Both the position numbers and the translations under genes were made by a program. From Alphaproteobacteria bacterium (GTDB lineage Bacteria; Pseudomonadota; Alphaproteobacteria; UBA828): 64,000 bases of DNA. This document shows, one piece after another, positions 38,382-48,587 of the stretch (position 1 is its first letter; every line of letters starts with the position of its first letter). The stretch covers positions 1 to 64,000 of the forward strand of contig CBDCQT010000011.1 in NCBI GenBank assembly GCA_965220745.1. Direction: 5' to 3'. Below the pieces are notes generated by a model, which was given only the letters and a program-made list of their open reading frames with translations, was not told the origin of the DNA and did no database searches.

Positions 38382-40076
38382 TCAGGCGGTCTTCTGCTCC
38401 GCGAGATTGAGCTCTTCGATCATGGTCTCGCGCATCTTGAACTTCTGGATCTTGCCGGTGACGGTCATCGGGAACTCGTCCACGAAGCGCACGTAGCGCG
38501 GCACCTTGAAGTGGGCGATCTGGTCCTTGCAGAAGGCCTTGATCTCGTCCGCGTTCGCGTTTTCCCCGTCGCGCAGCTTGATCCAGGCGCAAAGCTCCTC
38601 GCCGTACTTCTCATCAGGCACGCCGATCACCTGCACGTCCTGCACCTTGGGGTGACGGTAGAGGAACTCCTCGATCTCGCGCGGATAGACGTTCTCGCCG
38701 CCGCGGATGACCATGTCCTTGATGCGGCCGACGATATTGCAGTAGCCCTCGGCGTCGATGGTGGCCTGGTCGCCGGTGTGCATCCAGCCGGCACCGTCGA
38801 TCGCCTCCTGGGTCTTGTCCTCGTCGTTCCAGTAACCGCGCATGACCGAGTAGCCGCGCGTGAGCAGCTCGCCGGTCTCGCCGCTGGGCACGACCTTGCC
38901 GTCCTGGTTCACGACCTTGACCTCGACGTGGGGGTGCACCCGGCCGACGGTGGAGACTCGGCGCTCGATCGGATCGTCGGTCGCCGACTGGAAGCTCACC
39001 GGGCTGGTCTCCGTCATGCCGTAGGCGATGGTCACCTCTTCCATGTGCATCTCGCCGATCACGCGGCGCATGACCTCGATCGGGCAGGGCGAGCCCGCCA
39101 TCGTGCCGGTCCGGAGCGAGGAGAGATCGAAGCCCGCGAACTCGGGATGGTCGAGCTCGGCGATGAACATGGTGGGCACGCCGTAGAGCACCGTGCAGCG
39201 CTCTGCCTCGACCGCGCGCAGAACCTCCAGCGGGTCGAAGGCCTCGCTCGGGTAGACCATGGTCGCGCCGAACGCGGCCGACATCAGGTTGCCCATGACC
39301 ATGCCGAAGCAGTGGTAGAGCGGCACCGGGATGCACACCCGGTCGCGCTCGCTCAAGCCCAGCGTCACGCCGTTGAAGTAGCCGTTGTTGAGGATGTTGT
39401 GGTGGCTGAGCGTCGCCCCCTTGGGGAAGCCCGTGGTGCCGCTGGTGAATTGGATGTTGATGGGGTCGTCGAACTGCAGCCGATCGCCCAGCGCCTGCAG
39501 CCGGTCGCGCTCCGCCGTGCCCGCAAGCCCCGGCACCTCGGCAAAGTTGTACATGCCGGCGGTGGTCTCTGTGCCGAGGCGCACCACCGTCTCCAGATGC
39601 GGCAGCGTCGCAGCTTTCAGCGCGCCGGGGCGGGCACTGTCGAGCTCCGGCGCGAGCCTGCGCAGCATCTCGATGTAGCGGCTCGACTTGAAGGCTTCCG
39701 CCGTGACCAGCGCCCGGCACTCCACCTTGTTCAGCGCGTATTCCAGCTCGGCCAGGCGATAGGCGGGGTTGATGTTGACCAGGATCAGCCCGGCCTTCGC
39801 CGCGGCGAACTGCGTCACCGCCCACTCGCTGTTGTTGGGCGACCAGATGCCGATGCGATCGCCGGGCTCCAGGCCGAGCGCAAGCAGGCCGGCGGCGAAC
39901 GCGTCCACCTTCTCCGTGAGCGTGCCGTATTGCCAGCGCACGTCCTGGTGCGCGACCACCAGCGCCTCGTTGTCGGGGAAGCGCGCTGCGGTCCGGTCGA
40001 GCTGCGCGCCGATGGTGAGGCCGAGCAGCGGCTGCCCGCTCGCACCGCTCACGTAGCTCATGCCCTGCGGCGTCAT
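38382..40076 (-). CDS. Acyl-CoA synthetase (AMP-binding, ACSF2/YngI-like)
   Basis: [48 protein letters not shown]. Confidence 0.93.
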   Translation of the reverse strand: MTPQGMSYVSGASGQPLLGLTIGAQLDRTAARFPDNEALVVAHQDVRWQYGTLTEKVDAFAAGLLALGLEPGDRIGIWSPNNSEWAVTQFAAAKAGLILVNINPAYRLAELEYALNKVECRALVTAEAFKSSRYIEMLRRLAPELDSARPGALKAATLPHLETVVRLGTETTAGMYNFAEVPGLAGTAERDRLQALGDRLQFDDPINIQFTSGTTGFPKGATLSHHNILNNGYFNGVTLGLSERDRVCIPVPLYHCFGMVMGNLMSAAFGATMVYPSEAFDPLEVLRAVEAERCTVLYGVPTMFIAELDHPEFAGFDLSSLRTGTMAGSPCPIEVMRRVIGEMHMEEVTIAYGMTETSPVSFQSATDDPIERRVSTVGRVHPHVEVKVVNQDGKVVPSGETGELLTRGYSVMRGYWNDEDKTQEAIDGAGWMHTGDQATIDAEGYCNIVGRIKDMVIRGGENVYPREIEEFLYRHPKVQDVQVIGVPDEKYGEELCAWIKLRDGENANADEIKAFCKDQIAHFKVPRYVRFVDEFPMTVTGKIQKFKMRETMIEELNLAEQKTA

Positions 40077-40129
40077 TGTCCGTCCCTACCTCGTCCGGGC
40101 TGCCCGCCGCCGCGGGCAGGGAGCGCCGG

Positions 40130-40202
<73 letters not shown>

Positions 40203-40278
40203 TTGGGCCAGCACGCGGGCCTGTGTATAGGGCACGGCGCGGCGGCTGTCTACGCGCCGGGCGCGGTCGTGGACAGGG

Positions 40279-41244
40279 TCAAACGGCGAGATACTGCGCG
40301 GCGACGAAGGCGGCGTAACCGAGCAGCAGGAGCACGCCAAAGAGCCGTCCCAGCCTGAGCCCTGAGAGCATCGTCGCGATCACGAGGCCGGTGACCCCCG
40401 CCAGCACCCAGATGTCGACGTGCCTGATCTCGTCGGGCACCGGCAGCGGCGTCACCACGGTCACGACGCCCAGGATCGCAAGGATGTTGAACACGCTGGA
40501 GCCGATCACGTTGCCGATCGCGACCTCGGCGTGCTTGCGATAGGCCGCCACCACGGTGGTCGCAAGCTCCGGCAGCGAGGTGCCGACCGCCACGACCGTG
40601 ATGCCGATCACGGTCTCGGTGATGCCGAGGCCGCGCGCGATGATCGTGGCGGCGCCGACCATCAGGTGGGCGCCGAAGCTGACGCCGGCGAGGCCGAGCA
40701 ACGCAGCGAGCACGGCGAGCCAGATGGGCCTCGGCAGGTGCAGGCGCTCCTCGGCCTCCTGGCTGTGGCGGCCGCCGGTCGCGTTGCCGAGCCGGCGCTC
40801 ATGCCAATAGGAGGCGACGGTGAGCACCCCGAGCAGCACCAGCATCAGCGCACCCTGCCAGGCGACAAGGGTGCCGAACGAGACGAAGACGACGAGCAGC
40901 GCGGTCGCCCCGATCAGCGTCGCGCCGTCCCGCACCGCCGCCTGCCGCGACACCATGACCGGCGTGATCGCGACGGCGAGGCCGAAGATGAGAAGCAGGT
41001 TGGCGATGTTGCTGCCGATCACGTTGCCGAAGGCGATGCCGGTCGAGCCCCTGAGCGCGGCCTGCAGGGTGACCACCAGCTCCGGCATCGAGGTGCCGAA
41101 GGCCACGACCGTGGCCCCGATGAGCAACGGCGAGACGTTCAACCGCCGAGCGAGCGCGACCGAGCCTCGCACCAGCGCCTCACCGCCCACGAAGAGCAGA
41201 ATGAACCCGCCGATGAGTTGGATATGGGTCAGCGGGTCGAGCAT
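40279..41244 (-). CDS. Ca2+/cation antiporter (YrbG family)
   Basis: Two alpha repeats: GATVVAFGTSMPEL...GNVIGSNIANL and GITVVAVGTSLPEL...GNVIGSSVFNI. Confidence 0.92.
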   Translation of the reverse strand: MLDPLTHIQLIGGFILLFVGGEALVRGSVALARRLNVSPLLIGATVVAFGTSMPELVVTLQAALRGSTGIAFGNVIGSNIANLLLIFGLAVAITPVMVSRQAAVRDGATLIGATALLVVFVSFGTLVAWQGALMLVLLGVLTVASYWHERRLGNATGGRHSQEAEERLHLPRPIWLAVLAALLGLAGVSFGAHLMVGAATIIARGLGITETVIGITVVAVGTSLPELATTVVAAYRKHAEVAIGNVIGSSVFNILAILGVVTVVTPLPVPDEIRHVDIWVLAGVTGLVIATMLSGLRLGRLFGVLLLLGYAAFVAAQYLAV

Positions 41245-42638
41245 GTGCCTCTGTGGCTTGCGGCGGCTGGCGTGCCGCCCCGCTCTAACACGAAACGACC
41301 ATGCGGCTGGGCCGGATCAGAGACGAGCGTGACCGGAATCCCGAGCCAGCGTGCCAACGCGTCCTCACCGGGCGCGGCGAGCGCTTCCAGCAGCGCCGGT
41401 GCAGCGCGGAGCGTCAGCGCCCGCGCCCCGCTCGCCGCCTCGCGCCGGGCGGCGTGGGCCGCCTCGTGCGCGATGGCTTCCAGGCAGAGCCTGCGCCCGC
41501 CGAAGGCACCACCGGCCGGCTCGGTCAGCGCCTGACGCAGGCTCGGGCCGAGCCGCTGGCGGTTGACCTCCACCACGCCGCCGGCGGTGACGCCGAGCAC
41601 GCGGTGGGGAGTCCGGTCGGCGGCGAGGGCGTTCTTCAGCGCCCCAATCTGCGCCTCGCGCCGGCGGGTGCCGCCGCGGCCCGCGAAGTCGATGGCGATC
41701 AGCCCGCTCAGGTTGCGCAGCACGATTTCGCGGCCCGCCGCCTCGGCGGTCTCGGCCGCCGCGGCACCGGAGGCCTGGCTCGTATCGACGTCGATGGCGC
41801 AGAGCGTTTGCGCCTCCTCGATCGTGAGCCGGGCGCCACCAGGGAGAGTCACCTCGGACTCCAGCGCCGCCTGGAGCCGGCCGGCGCAATCGTGGCGCTC
41901 GAAGAGCGGTGTTTCGGACGGTGCGGCGCCGGCCAACGAGAGTACCGGCACGAGGTCTGGTGCCTCTTGCGCTGCCAGCGTCCGCGCGCGCTCGAACACC
42001 GCGCGGTCGTCAATGACGATGAGCGCGGTTTCTGCCGCCGCAACGTCACGCAGCAGGCGCCCGAGCAGCCCACCCGCGTGCCAGAGGCGCCGAGGCGTCC
42101 GGTCGCGCTGCGCGGCCGTCTCGATCTCCTGCCAGCGCGCGGCCAAAGCGGCGACTTCGGCTTGCACCGCGTCCGGGTTCGCGGCCGCACCCCTGATCGT
42201 CAACCCGCCGCCGGGCGCCCCGGCCACATCCAGCACCGACCCAAGCGCACGCTTGATCTGCGGATCGCGAAGACGCCGCGAGAACGTGATCCCCCGACCG
42301 CCGGGGCGGAATACGGCGTAGCGGCCGGCCAGCGCCGGCTTGCGCGTGACCCGCGCGCGCTTGCCTTCATAGGCATCGCAGACCACCTGCACGATGGGCG
42401 GCGCGTCGTCGGCATCGAGGCCGCGCGCGCCTTGCAGGAACGCCTCCTTGCCCGCGCCGATATCGACGATGCAGGCGTCGATGCCCGTCATCCGGCCGAG
42501 CGGGCGCGCCACGTGCACGTCGCCGATGCGGCTGGGGCTCGCCGTCCACTCGATGAAGAACGCGGTCGGCCGGCCGCCTGCGACCGCCGCCGCCTGCATG
42601 CCATAGGGGCTCGCGGTGATCAGAAGCTCGTCGCCCAT
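41229..42638 (-). CDS. Ribonuclease E/G family protein (short alphaproteobacterial form next to maf)
   Basis: S1-like RIGDVH..ACIVDIG, VQVVCDAYEGKRAR, LPGGARLTIEEAQTLCAIDVDT, LRNLSGLIAIDF; the ORF-track N-terminal extension over maf was discarded. Confidence 0.8.
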   Translation of the reverse strand: MGDELLITASPYGMQAAAVAGGRPTAFFIEWTASPSRIGDVHVARPLGRMTGIDACIVDIGAGKEAFLQGARGLDADDAPPIVQVVCDAYEGKRARVTRKPALAGRYAVFRPGGRGITFSRRLRDPQIKRALGSVLDVAGAPGGGLTIRGAAANPDAVQAEVAALAARWQEIETAAQRDRTPRRLWHAGGLLGRLLRDVAAAETALIVIDDRAVFERARTLAAQEAPDLVPVLSLAGAAPSETPLFERHDCAGRLQAALESEVTLPGGARLTIEEAQTLCAIDVDTSQASGAAAAETAEAAGREIVLRNLSGLIAIDFAGRGGTRRREAQIGALKNALAADRTPHRVLGVTAGGVVEVNRQRLGPSLRQALTEPAGGAFGGRRLCLEAIAHEAAHAARREAASGARALTLRAAPALLEALAAPGEDALARWLGIPVTLVSDPAQPHGRFVLERGGTPAAASHRGTCSTR

Positions 42639-42646
42639 CGCCTCGA

Positions 42647-43255
42647 TCACATGGGGCCGGGCGGCCGGGGCGGCAAGCCGAGGCCGACCAGTAGCCGGTA
42701 GGTCTCGTGCAGCGGTAGACCCACCACGTTGGAATAGGAGCCACCCATGAAGCGGACGAAGGCCGCCGCCCGCCCCTGGATCGCGTAGCCGCCGGCCTTG
42801 CCCCGCCATTCGCCGCAAGCGAGATAGGCCGTGATTTCCTCGTCCGAGAGCCGTTTGAAGGCCACCGCGGTGCGCACCAGCCGACTCACCGCCCGGCCCG
42901 TCGGGTCGACGACCGTAACCCCGCCGTAGACCCGGTGGCGCCGGCCCGAGAGCAGCGAGAGGCAGCGCTGCGCGCTCTCCTCGCTCTCCGCCTTGTCCAG
43001 GATGCGCCGGCCGCAGGCCACCACCGTATCGGCGCCGAGCACGAACGCCCCCGGATGGCGCGCCGCGACCGCCTCCGCCTTGGCGCGGGCGAGTCGGGCC
43101 GCGTGCGCCTCCGGCCGCTCGCCGGGGAGCACGGCCTCGTCGAGCGCTGCAGGCTCGACCGTATCCGGCCCATAGCCGATCTGCTCCAGCAGCGCGCGGC
43201 GGCGGGGCGACGCCGAGGCGAGCACCAGAGGCGGGCGTTGCGGAGGGTTGACCAC
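42647..43255 (-). CDS. maf: Maf/YhdE nucleoside triphosphate pyrophosphatase
   Basis: LVLASASPRRRALL, LGADTVV, ILDK, LSGRRH, GKAGGYAIQG, NVVGLP. Confidence 0.94.
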   Translation of the reverse strand: MVNPPQRPPLVLASASPRRRALLEQIGYGPDTVEPAALDEAVLPGERPEAHAARLARAKAEAVAARHPGAFVLGADTVVACGRRILDKAESEESAQRCLSLLSGRRHRVYGGVTVVDPTGRAVSRLVRTAVAFKRLSDEEITAYLACGEWRGKAGGYAIQGRAAAFVRFMGGSYSNVVGLPLHETYRLLVGLGLPPRPPGPM

Positions 43256-43257
43256 GG

Positions 43258-43704
43258 TCAGACCACCGGCGGGCGGGGCGCGCCGAAGCGCTCCGTGAGC
43301 TTCGCCATGAGCCCGTCCCGCACCTCGCGGTAGGCGAACAGCCGAGTCTCGCGGTTGCCCTCGACGATGCTGGGATCGAGGGTGTGCCAGAACTCGAGCT
43401 CGCAGTGGGCGGTGCGGGTGAGCTCGATCGCCCTGTGCTGGGCCTCTGGCGAGAGCGACACCACCATGTCGAAGGAATCGCTCTCGAGATCGTCGAAGGT
43501 CTTGGGTCGGTGGCCGCCGATATCGATCCCGATCTCCGCCATGACGAGAACCGCGAAGGCGTCACGTCCGCCGCCGCTGCGCACACCCGCCGAATCGACG
43601 AAGAGCCGGGTGCCGAAGAGGCTCTTCATAAGCCCTTCCGCCATGGGCGAGCGCACGGAGTTCCACGTGCAGGCGAAGAGGATGCTGCCGGGGAGTATGC
43701 CCAT
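43258..43704 (-). CDS. Low-molecular-weight phosphatase / ArsC-like protein
   Basis: ILFACTWNSVRSPMAE (CX5R), DSAG, DPS. Confidence 0.88.
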   Translation of the reverse strand: MGILPGSILFACTWNSVRSPMAEGLMKSLFGTRLFVDSAGVRSGGGRDAFAVLVMAEIGIDIGGHRPKTFDDLESDSFDMVVSLSPEAQHRAIELTRTAHCELEFWHTLDPSIVEGNRETRLFAYREVRDGLMAKLTERFGAPRPPVV

Positions 43705-43718
43705 GGCGAGCGAGCGGG

Positions 43719-44204
43719 CTAAAGCCGGACATGCAGCGCGTGGACGAGCGTGAACAGCCGCCGCGCCGTCGCCTCGTCGATATCGATGGTGCCGGCGAGT
43801 TCGCGCCGGATGATCTCGGCGCCGTCGTTGTGGCAAGACCGCCGGCCCATGTCGATCGCCTCGATTTGCGACCGCGGCGCGGTTCTGATTGCCTCGTGAT
43901 AGGTGTCGCAGATCGTCGCGTAGTCGCGCAGCGTCTGGCGCAGCGTCGCGAGCAGCAGCACGGCCTGGACCTGGGGCACGCCCATGTCGTCCTCGACATC
44001 GAGAAGGAGCCGCCCTTCCTCGCGGCCGATGCGCAGCCGATAAGGGCCGCCCGACCCTTCGACCGGCGCGAAGCTGTTCTCCTCCAGCAGGTCGTGGATG
44101 GCGATGCGGCGCTCGTGTTCGTAATCGGGGCCCCGGCGAAAGCCGGCGCTCGGGTCCAGCGCGACCTCCACCAGCCGGTCCGTGCCGGCCGGGTCCCCAC
44201 CCAT
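43719..44204 (-). CDS. UPF0262 family protein
   Basis: EHERRIAIHDLLEENSF, IEAIDMGRR..HNDG, TARRLFTLV. Confidence 0.9.
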   Translation of the reverse strand: MGGDPAGTDRLVEVALDPSAGFRRGPDYEHERRIAIHDLLEENSFAPVEGSGGPYRLRIGREEGRLLLDVEDDMGVPQVQAVLLLATLRQTLRDYATICDTYHEAIRTAPRSQIEAIDMGRRSCHNDGAEIIRRELAGTIDIDEATARRLFTLVHALHVRL

Positions 44205-44208
44205 GTTC

Positions 44209-45510
44209 TCACTCCGGGCCGCCGCCGAGCCTGAGCGCCACCGAGAGGGCGTGGGCGTGAAGCCCTTCGGCTTCGGCGAGCGTGACGGCCGCCGGGCCGA
44301 TTTGCGCGAGGCTCGCGGCGTCGCAGCCGACGAAGGTCGTGCGCTTGAGGAAATCTAGAGGCGAGAGACCCGAGGAGAAGCGGGCGCTCCGGGCGGTCGG
44401 CAGCACGTGGTTGGGGCCGGCCACGTAGTCGCCGATAGCCTCCGGCGTGTGCCTGCCGAGGAAGATGGCACCGGCGCTGGTCACCGCCTCGGCCAGCCGG
44501 GCGGGCTCCGCCACCGCGAGCTCCAGGTGCTCGGGTGCGAGGCGATTGACCAGAGGCGGCGCCTCGTCGAGGGAGCCGACGACGATGACCGCGCCGTGAT
44601 CGCGCCAGCTCGCGGCGGCAATGTTCGCACGCGGGAGCCGCGCCAGGTGCGCCGCCACCGCCTCGGTCACCCGGTCCGCGAACGCCGCGTTATCCGTAAT
44701 CAAGATCGCCTGGGCGTCGCCGTCGTGCTCGGCCTGCGAGAGCAGGTCCGCGGCGATCCACTCGGGCTCGTTGGCATTGTCCGCGACCACCAGGATCTCC
44801 GACGGGCCCGCGATCATGTCGATGCCGACCGTGCCGAAGACGAGCCGCTTGGCGGCGGCGACATAGGCGTTGCCGGGGCCCACGATCTTGTCCACCGGCG
44901 CGATGCTCTCGGTGCCGTAGGCGAGCGCCGCGATCGCCTGTGCCCCGCCCACCCGATAGATCTCGGTGACGCCGGCGATCTCGGCGGCGGCCATCACCGC
45001 CGGGTCGAGCCCGCCGTCCGGCGTCGGCACCACCATGGCGATGCGCTGCACGCCCGCGACGCGCGCGGGGATCGCGTTCATCAGCACGGTGCTGGGATAG
45101 GCGGCGGTGCCGCCCGGCACGTAGAGCCCGACCGCATCCAGCGGGCGCCAACGGGCGCCGAGTTGAACACCTGCCTCATCGCGGTAGTCGAGATCGGCCG
45201 GCATCAGGCGGACGTGGAAGGCCTCGATCCGTTCGGCCGCGTGCGCGAGCGCGTCGCGCACGGCCGCAGGTGCAGCGGCGGCTTGGCCGGCGGCCTCGTC
45301 CGCCGAAAGCCGAAGCGTGTCGGGCGTGAGGGCGATGCGGTCGAAACGCGCGGTGTAGTCGAGCAGCGTCGCATCGCCGCCCTCGCGCACCGCACCCACA
45401 ATCGCAGCGGCCTCGCTTTCAACGTCTTCCGCCACGCCCCGCCGCGCCGCCAGCAGAGCGTCGAAAGCCGATGCGAAGCCGGGGGCAGCGCTATCCAGCT
45501 TGCGCGCCAT
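44209..45510 (-). CDS. hisD: Histidinol dehydrogenase
   Basis: [59 protein letters not shown]. Confidence 0.97.
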   Translation of the reverse strand: MARKLDSAAPGFASAFDALLAARRGVAEDVESEAAAIVGAVREGGDATLLDYTARFDRIALTPDTLRLSADEAAGQAAAAPAAVRDALAHAAERIEAFHVRLMPADLDYRDEAGVQLGARWRPLDAVGLYVPGGTAAYPSTVLMNAIPARVAGVQRIAMVVPTPDGGLDPAVMAAAEIAGVTEIYRVGGAQAIAALAYGTESIAPVDKIVGPGNAYVAAAKRLVFGTVGIDMIAGPSEILVVADNANEPEWIAADLLSQAEHDGDAQAILITDNAAFADRVTEAVAAHLARLPRANIAAASWRDHGAVIVVGSLDEAPPLVNRLAPEHLELAVAEPARLAEAVTSAGAIFLGRHTPEAIGDYVAGPNHVLPTARSARFSSGLSPLDFLKRTTFVGCDAASLAQIGPAAVTLAEAEGLHAHALSVALRLGGGPE

Positions 45511-46156
45511 TCACCGCCTCGCCAAAGCGCTCGATCCAGGCCTGGAGCTCGCCGGCCCGCGTCTTGAGCGCGGTGCGGTTGACCACCAGCCGCGCCGAGA
45601 TATCAGCGATATGCTCGACCTCGACCAGGCCGTTGGCCCTGAGCGTCGCGCCGGTGCCGACCAGATCGACGATCCGCCGGCAGAGCCCGAGCCCCGGCGC
45701 GAGCTCCATCGCGCCGTTGAGCTTGATGCACTCGGCCTGCACGCCGCGGGCAGCAAAATGGCGGCGCGTCACCTGCGGATACTTGGTGGCGACCCGCACG
45801 TGGCTCCAGCGCGAGGGGTCGTCCCCGGTCGCAAGCTCCGCCGGCTCCGCCACCACCATGCGGCAGAGGCCGATGCCGAGATCGAGCGGCGCATAGATCT
45901 CGCGGTACTCGAACTCCATCAGCACGTCGTTTCCGACTACGCCGAGCTGGGCCGCGCCGAAGGCGACGAAGGTGGCGACATCGAAGCTGCGCACCTGGAT
46001 CAGCCCGAGCCCCGGATCGGACGTGGCGAAGCGCAACTGGCGCGCGTGCTCGTCCGCGAATGCGGCCTCCGGCTCGATGCCGGCGCGGGACAGCACGGGC
46101 GCAAGCTCGCGGGCGATCCGGCCCTTGGGCAGCGCGAGCAGCAGACCGGTGCTCAT
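45491..46156 (-). CDS. hisG: ATP phosphoribosyltransferase, short form
   Basis: [58 protein letters not shown]. Confidence 0.95.
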   Translation of the reverse strand: MSTGLLLALPKGRIARELAPVLSRAGIEPEAAFADEHARQLRFATSDPGLGLIQVRSFDVATFVAFGAAQLGVVGNDVLMEFEYREIYAPLDLGIGLCRMVVAEPAELATGDDPSRWSHVRVATKYPQVTRRHFAARGVQAECIKLNGAMELAPGLGLCRRIVDLVGTGATLRANGLVEVEHIADISARLVVNRTALKTRAGELQAWIERFGEAVNGAQAG

Positions 46157-46584
46157 GCCCGATTCTCCTCCCCCTGCACCGCAGCCAGCCGCGGCTCCTC
46201 CAGGTCCTGAAACACGCAGGCCAGGTGCCCGGTCTCGATCCATACCTCGGCACCGTCCTGGAACAGGAGCCGCACCACGGTCGTGGACCGGCCGGGCTCG
46301 GCGACCATGCCGGCGAGCGTGAGCAGCCGCGCGGGCTCGGCGCGGTCGATCCCGCGCAGCTTGACCGCAGAGACCGCATCGAAGTGGATCGCGGCCCGTG
46401 CCTGGCCCGCGGGCCCGCCCGCGGCCTCGCGGCAGCGGCGCACGACGATCGCCGCGAAGCGGCTGTCGGCGGGCTCGAAAGCCATCTCGCCGACCGCGAA
46501 GACGGCGTCCTCAAGACATGCCAAGATCACGGCGAGATCGCCGGCATCCTCCGCCCGCAGCTTGAGACGCGTGCACGCCGTCAA
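46153..46584 (-). CDS. DUF2948 family protein
   Basis: [22 protein letters not shown]-terminus; canonical position after murA. Confidence 0.8.
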   Translation of the reverse strand: MTACTRLKLRAEDAGDLAVILACLEDAVFAVGEMAFEPADSRFAAIVVRRCREAAGGPAGQARAAIHFDAVSAVKLRGIDRAEPARLLTLAGMVAEPGRSTTVVRLLFQDGAEVWIETGHLACVFQDLEEPRLAAVQGEENRA

Positions 46585-47864
46585 TGATGGACCCGGTCGA
46601 TCTCGGCGCCGCAGGCCGCGAGCTTGTCCTCGATCCGCTCGTAGCCGCGGTCGAGGTGATAGACCCGGTGCACCACCGTCTCGCCCTCGGCGGCGAGGCC
46701 CGCGAGCACCAGCGACGACGAGGCCCGGAGGTCGGTGGCCATCACCTGCGCGCCGGTGAGCGAGTCCACGCCCCGCACCAGCGCAGTCGGGCCGCGAACG
46801 GCAATGTCCGCGCCCATGCGGCGCAACTCCTGCACGTGCATGAAGCGGTTCTCGAAGATCGTCTCGGTGATCATCGCGGCGCCGTCGGCGACAGTCATGA
46901 GCGCCATCGCCTGCGCCTGCAGGTCGGTGGGAAAGCCGGGATAAGGACGCGTCGTCACGTCCGCAGCAGAGGGCCGGCCGTTGCCGCGCACCCGGAGCCC
47001 GCGCGCCGTCACGGTGATGCTAACCCCGGCAGCCTCCAGATAATCGAGCAGCGAGCGCAGAAGGGCAGCCGGCGCACCGGCGAGCTCGACATCGCCGCCC
47101 ACCATGGCGGCTGCCAGCGCATAGGTGCCGGCCTCGATCCGGTCGCCCACCACGTGATGATCGGCGCCGGAGAGCGCCTCCTTGCCGCGAATCAGGAGCT
47201 CGTCGGTGCCGATTCCCGTGATGTCTGCGCCCATCGCGTTCAGGCAAAGGGCGAGATCGGCGATCTCCGGCTCGCGCGCGGCGTTGCGGATGACCGTCTC
47301 GCCGTCCGCGAGAGTCGCCGCCATCATCAGGTTTTCCGTGGCCCCCACCGAGGCGAAGGGCAGCCTGATCTCGGCCCCGCGCAGGCGTCCCTGCGCGTGC
47401 GCCCGGATGTCGCCGTCCTCCAGCACGACCTGGGCACCGAGCCGGGCGAGCCCGTCGATGTGCAGGTCCACCGGGCGCGTGCCGATGGCGCAGCCGCCGG
47501 GGAGCGAGACGGTCGCGCGCCCCGTGCGGGCGAGCAGCGGGCCCAACACCAGGATGGAGGCGCGCATCCGGCTCACCAGCTCGTAGGGCGCCGTGGTGCT
47601 GGTGATCTGGCGGGCCCGGAGCGAGAGCACCCGCCCAGCATTGCCGCCGCGCCGGGCGTGGCCGTCCATGCCGATCTCGACCCCGTGCTGGGCCAGCAGG
47701 TGCGCAAGCGTGGTGATATCGGTGAGGTGCGGGATGTTGGCGAGCGTGAGCGTTTCGTCGGTCAAGAGACACGCCGCCATCAACGGCAGGGCCGCGTTCT
47801 TGGCGCCAAAGATCTCGATCTCGCCCTCGAGCGGGCGGCCGCCCCTGATGCGGATGCTGTCCAT
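46581..47864 (-). CDS. murA: UDP-N-acetylglucosamine 1-carboxyvinyltransferase
   Basis: [64 protein letters not shown]. Confidence 0.97.
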   Translation of the reverse strand: MDSIRIRGGRPLEGEIEIFGAKNAALPLMAACLLTDETLTLANIPHLTDITTLAHLLAQHGVEIGMDGHARRGGNAGRVLSLRARQITSTTAPYELVSRMRASILVLGPLLARTGRATVSLPGGCAIGTRPVDLHIDGLARLGAQVVLEDGDIRAHAQGRLRGAEIRLPFASVGATENLMMAATLADGETVIRNAAREPEIADLALCLNAMGADITGIGTDELLIRGKEALSGADHHVVGDRIEAGTYALAAAMVGGDVELAGAPAALLRSLLDYLEAAGVSITVTARGLRVRGNGRPSAADVTTRPYPGFPTDLQAQAMALMTVADGAAMITETIFENRFMHVQELRRMGADIAVRGPTALVRGVDSLTGAQVMATDLRASSSLVLAGLAAEGETVVHRVYHLDRGYERIEDKLAACGAEIDRVHH

Positions 47865-47993
47865 CAATCGCCCCTGGCGCCGGGGGCAGGGCGCCGCGCC
47901 GCCATGCGGCCGCACATGAGAATCGGCGCGACCGCCCCGTCCGCTTTCGCGGCCGCACCATAGGCGAGCGGCGCCCGAGGGACAAGCAGAGGC

Positions 47994-48587
47994 TCAGGCC
48001 GGGCGGTACTCCGCCATGGCGTCGAGCAGCCAGGTGGCGAGGTAGACCGAGAACGAGTTGCGTATCGTGATCTCGTAGGAGGGCGCGTCGTCGGTCTGGT
48101 GCAGGATCACGTTCGCCTTGGCGAGCGCGGTCTGCACGCAGGTGCCGGGCGTGAACGTACGCGGGTGAAGGTCGAGCCGGCAGCCCTTCATCAGCACCTC
48201 CCGTGCACGGGGGCCGGAGAGCGCGAGCGTGGCGTACATGGCGCTTACGTCGGTGAGCGCGTGATGGCGGCCGTCGAGGCGGCCCCGCAGCGTCTCTTCG
48301 AGCTGAGCGCCTTCCTCCGCCGGGCCGGTCACCAGCCACTCGTCGGGGCCGAGCCAGAGCAGGATCTTGCCGTTGACGGTGGTGGCCGCGGTGTTTGGTG
48401 TGCGCGGCAGCGACCCGCCGAGCACGGCGCCGGCGGCGGTAAGCGCCTCCACGTCCTCCTGATCGAGCCGGAGGTTGAGCCTGACGCGCCCCGGCTGCTC
48501 GGCAAGGGTAGCGCCGTCCGTGTGCGCGCCCGCGAGCGCGTCTGCAAGGCCCGCAAGCGGGCTGCGCGGTGCCGGCGCCTCAGCCAT
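47994..48587 (-). CDS. soxG: Sarcosine oxidase gamma subunit
   Basis: RSPL, LWLGPDEWL, DVS, LMKGCRLDLHP, RNSFSVYL..WLLDA. Confidence 0.92.
   Translation of the reverse strand: MAEAPAPRSPLAGLADALAGAHTDGATLAEQPGRVRLNLRLDQEDVEALTAAGAVLGGSLPRTPNTAATTVNGKILLWLGPDEWLVTGPAEEGAQLEETLRGRLDGRHHALTDVSAMYATLALSGPRAREVLMKGCRLDLHPRTFTPGTCVQTALAKANVILHQTDDAPSYEITIRNSFSVYLATWLLDAMAEYRPA

Noticed and set aside
41229-43586. 785-aa ORF as a Maf/RNase fusion or extended RNase
   Set aside because: The N-terminal 315 codons are an alternate frame over maf and the phosphatase; recognisable RNase sequence starts at 42638.
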